Source: Edaphobacter aggregans (lineage in GTDB: Bacteria; Acidobacteriota; Terriglobia; Terriglobales; Acidobacteriaceae). From it: a stretch of DNA of 32,000 nt. Numbering within the stretch: position 1 is the first letter of the stretch; each line of letters begins with the position of its first letter. The position numbers and the translations under genes were made by a program. The notes beneath the pieces were generated by a model. That model saw only the letters and a program-made list of their open reading frames with translations, did no database searches and was not told the DNA's origin. The stretch spans positions 2,520,001 through 2,552,000 of the forward strand of contig NZ_RSDW01000001.1 of assembly GCF_003945235.1 (NCBI RefSeq), given 5' to 3'. Shown here one piece after another: positions 11,017 through 18,169 of this stretch.

Positions 11017-11071
11017 CCTATGTAGCAAACTACTAAGCCGCTAGTCAAGTAGCATGCTACATAGGTACAAT
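11017..11071. promoter_or_regulatory. divergent promoter/operator region with twin GTAG-N4-CTAC palindromes
   Basis: GTAGCAAACTAC 11022-11033 and the perfect palindrome GTAGCATGCTAC 11049-11060. They are embedded in the 11-bp inverted repeat CCTATGTAGCA (11017-11027) / TGCTACATAGG (11055-11065). TACAAT at 11066-11071 lies 7 nt before the PadR ATG. The - strand reads TTGACT at 11048-11043. Confidence 0.5.
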
Positions 11072-11078
11072 TCCAGCC

Positions 11079-11396
11079 ATGGCAGCCGAGACAAAACTCT
11101 CGCATACCGCCGCGCTTATCCTCCAGGCCATCCACGCCGGCTCTGTCTATGGTTTCAGCATCATGGAGATGACCGGTCTGCCCAGCGGAACCGTCTACCC
11201 CGCCCTCCGCCGCCTCGAACGCGACGAGCTCATCCGCTCTCACTGGGAGCAGCAATCCATCGCCGACTACGAGCAACGCCCCCCGCGCAAATATTACAAA
11301 CTCACCCGCGCCGGCAAAACCACTCTCGAGTCCTCGCACAAGCGCTACCCACTCCTCGTCAAACTGATCCCCTCCCCCGAAGGCGAACCCGCATGA
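11079..11396 (+). CDS. PadR-family transcriptional regulator (small, acidobacterial type)
   Basis: YGFSIMEMTGLPSGTVYPALRRLERDELIRSHWE...RKYYKLTRAGK is the canonical PadR winged-helix pattern. The stop overlaps the next ATG (ATGA at 11393-11396). Confidence 0.9.
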   Translation: MAAETKLSHTAALILQAIHAGSVYGFSIMEMTGLPSGTVYPALRRLERDELIRSHWEQQSIADYEQRPPRKYYKLTRAGKTTLESSHKRYPLLVKLIPSPEGEPA

Positions 11397-12907
11397 GCCT
11401 GCCCGGAACATCCACGAAGACCATGCACCTCGCCGCTCTAAAGTGTGCTGCGCTTTTCGTCCCCACTCATCAGCGTCCCGAGTGGCTGCAAGAGTGGACC
11501 TCCGAACTCTGGTACGTCCATGAAGCCTGTGTCTGCAAGTCCGGCCTATCGTGGCAAAGCGAAAAAGAAGTAGCTGCTTTCTGCCTCGGCGCGTTCAACG
11601 ACGCCATCTGCCTTCGGCGCAACACTCCCCACACCAAATCACCCAAACCCCACCCACTCAACTCCCCCGCCCAGTGCGCCTTATTCCTGACTATCCTCGC
11701 AGTCACAACCTGGTGCCTCACTCTCTTACTACCCGGTGTTCGCACAGCAATCCAAACCACACCTTATCGCGACACCCACAACCTCATCGCAATCTCAACC
11801 AACGGACACTCCGAGACACCCGTTCCTACCATCAGCGCCGAGCAGTACCGATTTTGGCGAAGCCGCAGCCAGCATCTCTTCACTGACTTCGCCTTCTACC
11901 AAACCTCCATCAAGCTACTGCACATCGCACCTCATCATGCGCCCCAGATCTCCGTAGCCCGCGCCAGCTCCAACCTCTTTGATCTGCTAGGCGTCGCCGT
12001 TCCATTCGCAACCCGACCCGCACACGATGGCATACCCACACTTGTCCTGAGCGAAAAACTCTGGCGCACCACCTTCAACGCCGACCCCGAAATCATCGGC
12101 CGCACCCTCAAGCTAGGTTTGCACCCCGTCAAAGTCGTCGGTATTCTCCCTGACGGCTCTTGGCAACTCGCCGGCAAAGTAGACGCCTGGCTGCTCGAGC
12201 CCGACAATTACGCCGCCGCAATCCCAGCAACCACTCGCGGATACGTCATCGCCCGCCGCGATCCATCCTCATCGCAGACTCCACCTACAGGAACCTGGCG
12301 TCTCTTCACTCCCCAACCAAACGACAATCTAGCCAGCTTCGACTGTGTCTCCCTCGCCGACCACAGCCCGGATCCATTTGGCATCTTCACCTTCACTCTC
12401 TTCCTCGCTCTTCTCGCCCTACCCGCCACCACTTCGCTCCCTCTCGGCGAGTATCCCGCCAACCGCCACCACCTTCGCTGGTCCATCAAACTCCGCCGCT
12501 GGATCTTCCTCTGGAGTAAGCTCGCTCTCATCCTGCCCATCGTCTACTTCGGATCGCTCGACCTCGCTCATTTCAGTACGTCCATCACACCGGAAGCCGC
12601 TCAGTATCTCCAGGGCATCAGCTCCTTCTGCGCTCTACTATTCGCCTTCCGCTGGACCCTCCGCGATCAGCGCAAGCGTTGCCCCGTCTGTCTGCGCTTG
12701 CTGACCAACCCAGCACGCGTAGGCCAGCCCTCAAGAAACTTCCTTGCCTGGAACGGCACCGAGCTCATCTGCGCCGGAGGACATGGCCTCCTGCACGTCC
12801 CCGAGATCGCAACCAGTTGGTTCGGCACGCAGCGCTGGCTCTACCTCGACCCCTCGTGGAAGAGCCTCTTCTCCGAGACAGCCTCCGCATCCGCAGGCCT
12901 ATTCTGA
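11393..12907 (+). CDS. PadR-coupled membrane protein with a MacB/ADOP-like periplasmic core domain and a C-terminal Cys/His motif
   Basis: Start ATG 11393 (ATGA overlap); the 617-aa ORF from 11054 would run antisense through the operator and over padR. SSNLFDLLGVAVPF...LVLSEKLWRTTFNADPEIIGRTLKLGLHPVKVVGILPDG matches the MacB periplasmic-core pattern. Three hydrophobic helices follow, then C430-P-V-C433...C460-x3-H464-x3-H468. Confidence 0.65.
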   Translation: MSLPGTSTKTMHLAALKCAALFVPTHQRPEWLQEWTSELWYVHEACVCKSGLSWQSEKEVAAFCLGAFNDAICLRRNTPHTKSPKPHPLNSPAQCALFLTILAVTTWCLTLLLPGVRTAIQTTPYRDTHNLIAISTNGHSETPVPTISAEQYRFWRSRSQHLFTDFAFYQTSIKLLHIAPHHAPQISVARASSNLFDLLGVAVPFATRPAHDGIPTLVLSEKLWRTTFNADPEIIGRTLKLGLHPVKVVGILPDGSWQLAGKVDAWLLEPDNYAAAIPATTRGYVIARRDPSSSQTPPTGTWRLFTPQPNDNLASFDCVSLADHSPDPFGIFTFTLFLALLALPATTSLPLGEYPANRHHLRWSIKLRRWIFLWSKLALILPIVYFGSLDLAHFSTSITPEAAQYLQGISSFCALLFAFRWTLRDQRKRCPVCLRLLTNPARVGQPSRNFLAWNGTELICAGGHGLLHVPEIATSWFGTQRWLYLDPSWKSLFSETASASAGLF

Positions 12908-13008
12908 GCCAAGAGCGAGCCTCAAGCTCGTTCAACCGCGCTCATCCTCTAGGCCGAATCGACCCGAAGCGCCTTTTTCGGATCAAAATTCAAAAAATTT
13001 GGCCCTTG

Positions 13009-13147
13009 TGTATACATGCAATATTTTGCATATTAAAAATTGTTAACAACCTAATAACATGCCTATTTTCAATAAATAAACCATTGAGTAGGGACCCTAT
13101 GGGCCAAATAACTCATGCAAATCGATGCTCAGTGCAAAATTTTGCAT
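13009..13147. promoter_or_regulatory. AT-rich palindrome cluster upstream of the PEP-CTERM gene
   Basis: TGTATACA 13009-13016; ATGCAA-TATT-TTGCAT 13016-13031; TTGTTAACAA 13040-13049; TGCAAAATTTTGCA 13133-13146. All read directly from the sequence. Confidence 0.4.
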
Positions 13148-13254
13148 AATTTCTAGAAAAATCTTTCCCGTTGACTACCCATAACCCATGGTAGAGCCTA
13201 AAGATAAGGCTTTATCCTGCGAAATTTTGTATTCCCTGAAAGGGGCCCTCACCA

Positions 13255-13812
13255 ATGCGTAAAATTCTATCTGCTCTGGTCCTCACTCTCGGCCTCGCTG
13301 TAGCTCCCGTAGCTGCGCACGCCGATTCCTTGACCTACAACCTCATCCTTACCGCGACGACCCCCGGTTCTAACGTCAGCGGCGGTACCGGATCATTCAC
13401 CATCACCGGCGCGCCCGCTTCCTCGGGGAACTCCGACTTCAACACCCTCCTCGGTAATCTCACTGCTATGAGCTTCACCATCGGCGGCGACACCTTCAAT
13501 CTCTCTAACGCTGCTCTCAACTACGGGGACGCATTCTTCCAGAATGGCAACCTCCTCTCCGTCATCTACGACGGCGGCACCGTCAACAAGTCCGTAGACT
13601 TCTCGTTGGTAGCCGGCTCTCTCTTCTATACCTTCTCGGACGTCGACACTCTCATCAATGGTGTGCCGGAGTTTTCTCAGGGCACAATCAAGGTTGCGAG
13701 CATTACGGATCCCCCGTCCACCAGCCCCGTGCCCGAGCCCTCTGCTCTTCTGCTCTTCGGCACCGGAGCCCTCGGCCTCGCAGGCATCGTCTCTCGCAAG
13801 CTGACGGCCTAA
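13255..13812 (+). CDS. PEP-CTERM sorting-domain secreted protein
   Basis: N-terminal signal peptide MRKILSALVLTLGLAVAPVAAHA. The C-terminal VPEPSALLLFGTGALGLAGIVSRKL has the PEP motif, a TM helix and a basic tail. Confidence 0.85.
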   Translation: MRKILSALVLTLGLAVAPVAAHADSLTYNLILTATTPGSNVSGGTGSFTITGAPASSGNSDFNTLLGNLTAMSFTIGGDTFNLSNAALNYGDAFFQNGNLLSVIYDGGTVNKSVDFSLVAGSLFYTFSDVDTLINGVPEFSQGTIKVASITDPPSTSPVPEPSALLLFGTGALGLAGIVSRKLTA

Positions 13813-13830
13813 TTCAACGCAACATCTCAA

Positions 13831-13868
13831 GGCCCGCGCTGCTTCATAAACAGCGCGGGCCTTTTTTT
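13831..13868. terminator. rho-independent terminator after the PEP-CTERM gene
   Basis: 11-bp stem ggcccgcgctg (13831-13841) / cagcgcgggcc (13851-13861), a 9-nt loop, then a T7 run at 13862-13868. It sits between convergent genes. Confidence 0.88.
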
Positions 13869-13894
13869 GCGCTCTGCATCAAATCACGAACGTA

Positions 13895-15391
13895 CTACTG
13901 AACCACCACATCGAACGCGCCCGTCTCCACCGTCGATCCATGCTTCATCTGCACAAAGATCCTGTACCGCCCCGCCGAAGGAAATCCATAAGGAAACTCC
14001 ACCAAGTTTGATATCGGTGCAGCATGCATCGGCATATCCATCTGCATGCCCACCGGTGCCGCACTGCTCTCATCGCCATTCGCGAGCATCATCGCCGCCA
14101 TCGCCGCCGACCCCTGCGGATGTGTATGCGCAAACACCGTCCCATCGGTCTTCACAAACGCCGCATGTCCCGCCATTCCCAGATAAGGCTGCATATCCGC
14201 AGCAGGTTTGCCCGAAGCATCCAGCAGCCGGAACCGCAGCGCATAGGCCGTGTTCGCCGTCACAGTCTCGGGCTTATCCCACGCCATCACATACCCATCC
14301 GGCAGCGTATACGAACTCCCCAGCATCCCCTTGCTCAGCGGCTGCGGCGATCCCACCGCATCATCGGCAGCCAACGCCCCACCGGACATCCCCTCAGGCA
14401 CCGTCACACTAGCGACCAGCGTCTCGGGAAATCCCGTCGCGTGCACGACGTCGCCATACAGCTTGTACTCTCCCGCCGGCATCGCAGGCAGCACGATGCG
14501 AAAATCCCCCGCCCCAGCCAGCACCGGATGCAGATGAAACACCGCATCCATCTCCGGCTGCCGAATCGCATACAGGTGCATCAGGTGCCCATGATCTGGC
14601 AAAAAGTCATCATTCAAACGCCAACGTCTTTCCCTGAAGTCATCTTTTGGCTTATAGGCAGTCACCTTCAGATCAAGCTGGTTCCCCAGCAGCACCGGCT
14701 CGACACCAAGCGGTTGATAGATATCCGCCGAGTAGCTCGCCGCCTCGACATTCCACCACTTCGCCCCACCCCAAACCATCAGCCCCATCAGCACAAGGCT
14801 CCCCACCGTCGCAAAGACCGCCCGACGCCGCCTCTCAGCCGAAGCCACAGCCCCCGGCTGCAATCGAGCCTCTCGCACCGCCGCCGCCACAATCCCCGCC
14901 ATGCTGACCACTAGAAATAGCCCTAGGAACCCCAGCACGATGCCCATCCCGCGCTGCATCTTCAATGTGCTAAGCGGCATCGCCGGCACCGGCACCGACA
15001 CCACCTGCACCCCGCTTGCGCCCGATACCTCAAACCGTACCTCCCACGACCCCGCGGCCATCATCCACAAATTTCCCGTGAAAAAAGCGGGATCATTAGC
15101 AGATCGCACCATGGCATCCGGCGTAGGCGGATGCTTCGAAGCCTCTCCCGTCATCGGAAGCGGCGTAATTCGTATCCCATCCACCGCAGCCCCACTCGAC
15201 CGTACCTCAATCGTCGCCGCGCCAGGAATCACCGTAGGCGTCCGTACCGTCACATAAAGCCGGTAAGGTCCCGCATCCACCTGCTCAAATACATCCTTGC
15301 TTCCCACATGAGCCCAAGCACCACGCGGAGCAGCAAAGACAACAAGCAAAAGCAGCAAGCCTACCCAACCTCGAGAAAAAGAAGCCCTCAC
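13895..15391 (-). CDS. secreted/bitopic His- and Met-rich protein, putative periplasmic metal-binding protein
   Basis: The preferred start is GTG 15389-15391, overlapping the upstream TGA as GTGA with GGAG 9 nt upstream. This gives signal peptide (M)RASFSRGWVGLLLLLVVFAAPRGAWA|HVGSK. The ORF is open to 15436 and an ATG lies at 15412. Contains HGHLMHLYAI...FHLHP, MAGHAAFVK...FAHTHP and MQMDMPMH (14024-14047). Confidence 0.7.
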   Translation of the reverse strand: MRASFSRGWVGLLLLLVVFAAPRGAWAHVGSKDVFEQVDAGPYRLYVTVRTPTVIPGAATIEVRSSGAAVDGIRITPLPMTGEASKHPPTPDAMVRSANDPAFFTGNLWMMAAGSWEVRFEVSGASGVQVVSVPVPAMPLSTLKMQRGMGIVLGFLGLFLVVSMAGIVAAAVREARLQPGAVASAERRRRAVFATVGSLVLMGLMVWGGAKWWNVEAASYSADIYQPLGVEPVLLGNQLDLKVTAYKPKDDFRERRWRLNDDFLPDHGHLMHLYAIRQPEMDAVFHLHPVLAGAGDFRIVLPAMPAGEYKLYGDVVHATGFPETLVASVTVPEGMSGGALAADDAVGSPQPLSKGMLGSSYTLPDGYVMAWDKPETVTANTAYALRFRLLDASGKPAADMQPYLGMAGHAAFVKTDGTVFAHTHPQGSAAMAAMMLANGDESSAAPVGMQMDMPMHAAPISNLVEFPYGFPSAGRYRIFVQMKHGSTVETGAFDVVVQ

Positions 15392-16599
15392 CGTTGCACG
15401 CTCCGCATCCATCGGCCAAAAAGCAGCCCCACCCACGTCCCGATCGACGCATAAATCGCAGCCCGCAGCAAACCGAAATAAAGCGCAAACCCATAACTCG
15501 GCTTATAGAACTGCCTCAACCGATCGATCCCATCCGGCCGCGAGTTGTAATCGAAATACATCGTCCCAAAGAACCGGTTCTCCGAAGCCTTCGACATAAG
15601 AAACGAAGCAAACGGCCACTCCACCACCACCAGCACCGCAACAAAAGCAACCCCCGAAGCCAGCGCAATCTTCCAAGGCTTCCACTCCCTCGTCCGCTGC
15701 CACAGAAGATCCAGCGTCAACGCCGGCACCAGAATCAAAATCGGAAACTTCGCCGGAACCAGATGCGTGACCGGAAAGAACACCGGCCCCAGCTTTGGCT
15801 GCGCAGGAAACAGCGGCAGAATCAGAATCTCGCCGATCACGAAAATCATATAAACGGAAGCCGCAGCCGTAGCGGCCCACCGATACCGCGAAGCCTGCGA
15901 AAGCAGCGCCAGCAACAGCGGAAGCCCAATCGCCATCGCAATGTACGCGCTGACCGTGTGGAGGCTGACGTCCCACGTGTACTCGATCAGGAAGAACATC
16001 TGCCCACCCACCATCAAGCCGCCCAGGTACAAAAACAGCCGCTGTAGTGCCTTGAAGCTCCGCTCCCCCGCCTGCCCACCTTCAGCGGCCGCCCGATTCA
16101 TCGCCGCCAAAATCAAAAAAAGCACGCCCACCGCAACCGCGCGAATCCCAAGAATCAGCAGCGTATGGGGAGGACTCACAATCTTCACATCCAGCCCATA
16201 TGCGGCATGCCACCAGTTATCGAACGGAGCCGACGTCAACATCGCAATCCCGCCCCACGCCGCGATAAACGCTCCCAACGGCGCCCGGAACCCCAGCACA
16301 TTCACCGAGGCCGCCTTCATCCCCGCCGACCGCCCAAACGTCGTAGCAAAGATTAAATATCCGCAAATAACCGCAGCAATCACCCCACACGCATAGATCG
16401 CCATATGCGCCGGCGTCCAAAACGTATCCCGCCCAATCGACCGGTGCCATGAAACATCCCAAGCCCCGCCGATCGAAGCCGACGTCACCGCCAGCACACC
16501 CCACCACACGTACCAAGGAACGTCCGCATTCCCTCCAGCAGCATGCTCTTTCGTTAACACAATCGGCGGCTGACTCGCGGACCAGGCAGGACTAGCCAT
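15388..16599 (-). CDS. polytopic membrane protein of unknown family with a duplicated D-x-x-W-H ... H motif
   Basis: ATG 16597-16599 preceded by GGAGGAG. 403 aa with about 10 or more hydrophobic helices. WDVSWH-x12-H spans residues 47-65 and FDNWWH-x13-H spans residues 126-145. Confidence 0.75.
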   Translation of the reverse strand: MASPAWSASQPPIVLTKEHAAGGNADVPWYVWWGVLAVTSASIGGAWDVSWHRSIGRDTFWTPAHMAIYACGVIAAVICGYLIFATTFGRSAGMKAASVNVLGFRAPLGAFIAAWGGIAMLTSAPFDNWWHAAYGLDVKIVSPPHTLLILGIRAVAVGVLFLILAAMNRAAAEGGQAGERSFKALQRLFLYLGGLMVGGQMFFLIEYTWDVSLHTVSAYIAMAIGLPLLLALLSQASRYRWAATAAASVYMIFVIGEILILPLFPAQPKLGPVFFPVTHLVPAKFPILILVPALTLDLLWQRTREWKPWKIALASGVAFVAVLVVVEWPFASFLMSKASENRFFGTMYFDYNSRPDGIDRLRQFYKPSYGFALYFGLLRAAIYASIGTWVGLLFGRWMRSVQR

Positions 16600-16768
16600 A
16601 AATCTCCTCCATACTCCGGGATAATTGCTATGCTAACCGTCACATCGGGTCGAAACCAAGCCAATACGGCAAATCCGTCCAGTAAAATCACCTCGAATCC
16701 ACGCACCCAGCGGTTCTCCGTGTCATGATGGGGACACCGGCCATCGCCGATCCAGCGTCCAATCAATC

Positions 16769-17425
16769 ATGACCACCCAATACACCTCAGGCCGCGGCTC
16801 CTCTGGCACCTTCCTCGCCTTCCTGCTCGCGCTCGTCCTCGGAGCGGCTGCCATGGTGGTCTTCCTCCGCCAGGCCACCACCGGCATCCTCGCCCGAGTC
16901 GCCGACCGCATCACCGGCCGCACCGCCACCTTCGACACCTCCGTCCCCGCCGTCGTCCAGCGCATCCAGCGCCTCAGCCGCCTCGAGACCGTCGTCTACT
17001 CCACCGACACCGTCGTCGAAGGCTCTAAATCCAGCGTCGTCCTCCCCGATCTCCTCGCCGGCGACCGCATCCTCCTCGTCGTCCACGGCCAATCCATCGC
17101 CGGCATCGACCTCGCCCAGCTCAAGCCCGAAGACGTCCGCATCGACGAAAAGAACGGCACCCGTTCCATCCACGTCACCCTACCCGCATCGCAGCTCTTC
17201 GCCACCAACCTCGACAACCAGCACACCCGCGTCTACGCCCGCTCCACCGGCCTCCTCGTCCCGGCCGACCAGAACCTCGAGTCCGACACTCGAGCCAAAG
17301 CCGAGCAGCAACTCCAAAAATCCGCCCTCGACGATGGCATCCTAGACGCCGCCCGCAAAAACGCCCGAGCCACCATAACTACCCTCCTCTACAGCCTCGG
17401 CTTCAACCAAGTAGACGTTACTTAG
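16769..17425 (+). CDS. DUF4230-family protein (N-terminal TM anchor)
   Basis: TM helix FLAFLLALVLGAAAMVVFL. LLVVHGQSIAGIDLAQLKPEDVRIDEKNGTRSIHVTLPASQLF matches the DUF4230 pattern as I recall it. Confidence 0.75.
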   Translation: MTTQYTSGRGSSGTFLAFLLALVLGAAAMVVFLRQATTGILARVADRITGRTATFDTSVPAVVQRIQRLSRLETVVYSTDTVVEGSKSSVVLPDLLAGDRILLVVHGQSIAGIDLAQLKPEDVRIDEKNGTRSIHVTLPASQLFATNLDNQHTRVYARSTGLLVPADQNLESDTRAKAEQQLQKSALDDGILDAARKNARATITTLLYSLGFNQVDVT

Positions 17426-17480
17426 GCGGGGCCTCAATTCCCGCAGTGCGCTTCGCGTCAACCAGGTCGACGTTACCTAG
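17405..17480 (+). repeat. imperfect 21-nt direct repeat duplicating the last 6 codons plus stop of the DUF4230 gene
   Basis: aaccaagtagacgttacttag (17405-17425) versus aaccaggtcgacgttacctag (17460-17480), 18/21 identical. Both read N-Q-V-D-V-T-stop. Confidence 0.7.
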
Positions 17481-17489
17481 CGATGTTCT

Positions 17490-17600
17490 TGCTTTGTCCT
17501 CGCCGTTCTTGTTTGTCATCCCCCGAAGGGGGATCTGCTTTTGCCCTTTGCCGTTGTCGTTGTTCTCGCCATTGCCTTTGCTCTCCCCCTCCCCTTTGAT
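17490..17600 (+). repeat. REP-like intergenic element (GTCATC + hairpin + GATCTGCTT + T/G-rich tail)
   Basis: gtcatc 17515-17520. Hairpin ATCCCCC-GAA-GGGGGAT 17518-17534, then tctgctttt and tttgccgttgtcgttgtt. Similar to the units at 23813-24062. Confidence 0.6.
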
Positions 17601-17699
17601 CCGTCCAATCCGCAGTCGCCATGTACCACTCGAGAGTCCACCCCATCCCCCTAACGTGCTATCTGCCCAACGACCTCAACCTGCGCTATCATCCATACT

Positions 17700-17981
17700 A
17701 TGAAGCTCCTCTCCAATCTCCGCATCTTCGAAACCAGGCCTGAAGAGGATGTCCCTGCTAACGATATGAAAACGCTTCCATTCCCCGAAGAACAAGAAGA
17801 CGAAGAATCGGCCCTCATCAAAACCGTAGGATGGGTATCCGCCGGTCTCGGAGCAGTCGCACTCGGTCTCTTCATCGGCCGCGAGATCCGCCAGCGCTAT
17901 AAGTTCAACCGACGCACCCCCTACGACTTCTACTCCCACGCCGGCGACGAAACCGACGTAGAGGTAGGCCTCGGCATCTAG
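17700..17981 (+). CDS. small hypothetical membrane protein (93 aa, one TM helix)
   Basis: C-ending codon usage consistent with real + strand genes. Helix VGWVSAGLGAVALGLFIG follows an acidic N-terminal region. The start is uncertain (ATG 17700 or Met23). Confidence 0.55.
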   Translation: MKLLSNLRIFETRPEEDVPANDMKTLPFPEEQEDEESALIKTVGWVSAGLGAVALGLFIGREIRQRYKFNRRTPYDFYSHAGDETDVEVGLGI

Positions 17982-18169
17982 TCCGTCACGAGATCCGACG
18001 CAACGCGTGATCTGCTGCGCTCCCATGCCAAAGCTGCAAGCATCCTCGCGCGGAATGATATAAACTCCCCCAATCGGAAAATTTAGCGGAGAGCAAAGCC
18101 GCCCCGCTAAGATGCGTTACGACCGCATCCGGCCCCGTCACAGCATCCAGGTTTCGCGGGAGGATACCC

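Noticed and set aside
11054-11392. Upstream 113 codons of the 617-aa ORF, which would make the PadR-coupled protein longer
   Set aside because: This part overlaps padR in another frame and reads as R/P-rich junk. The ATG at 11393 forms an ATGA junction with the padR stop and precedes the first sensible sequence.
12964-12981. Hairpin CCGAA-gcgccttt-TTCGG as terminator of the 11393-12907 gene
   Set aside because: The stem is only 5 bp and is followed by an A-rich rather than T-rich tail on the + strand, which is too weak to call.
12990-13200. Sigma-54 (GG-N10-GC) promoter upstream of the PEP-CTERM gene
   Set aside because: I looked for TGGCAC-N5-TTGC around the TTGCA half-sites. The required GG is not at the right spacing (13001-13002 versus GC at 13018-13019 is 16 nt), so no call was made.
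16165-16461. Reading the His pairs (13-14 residues apart, twice) in the 403-aa membrane protein as a cytochrome-b-like di-haem site
   Set aside because: The first His of each pair sits in a charged loop segment (WHRSIGRD, WHAAYGLD) rather than mid-helix. The spacing coincidence alone does not support a haem assignment, so it is kept only as an unexplained duplicated motif.
17446-17703. 85-aa ORF and the 23846-24361 / 23943-24128 ORF segments
   Set aside because: These are translations of the REP-like repeats and T/G-rich filler (LPLSLFSPLPLL..., HSERSEEPPHF...). They are not independent genes.
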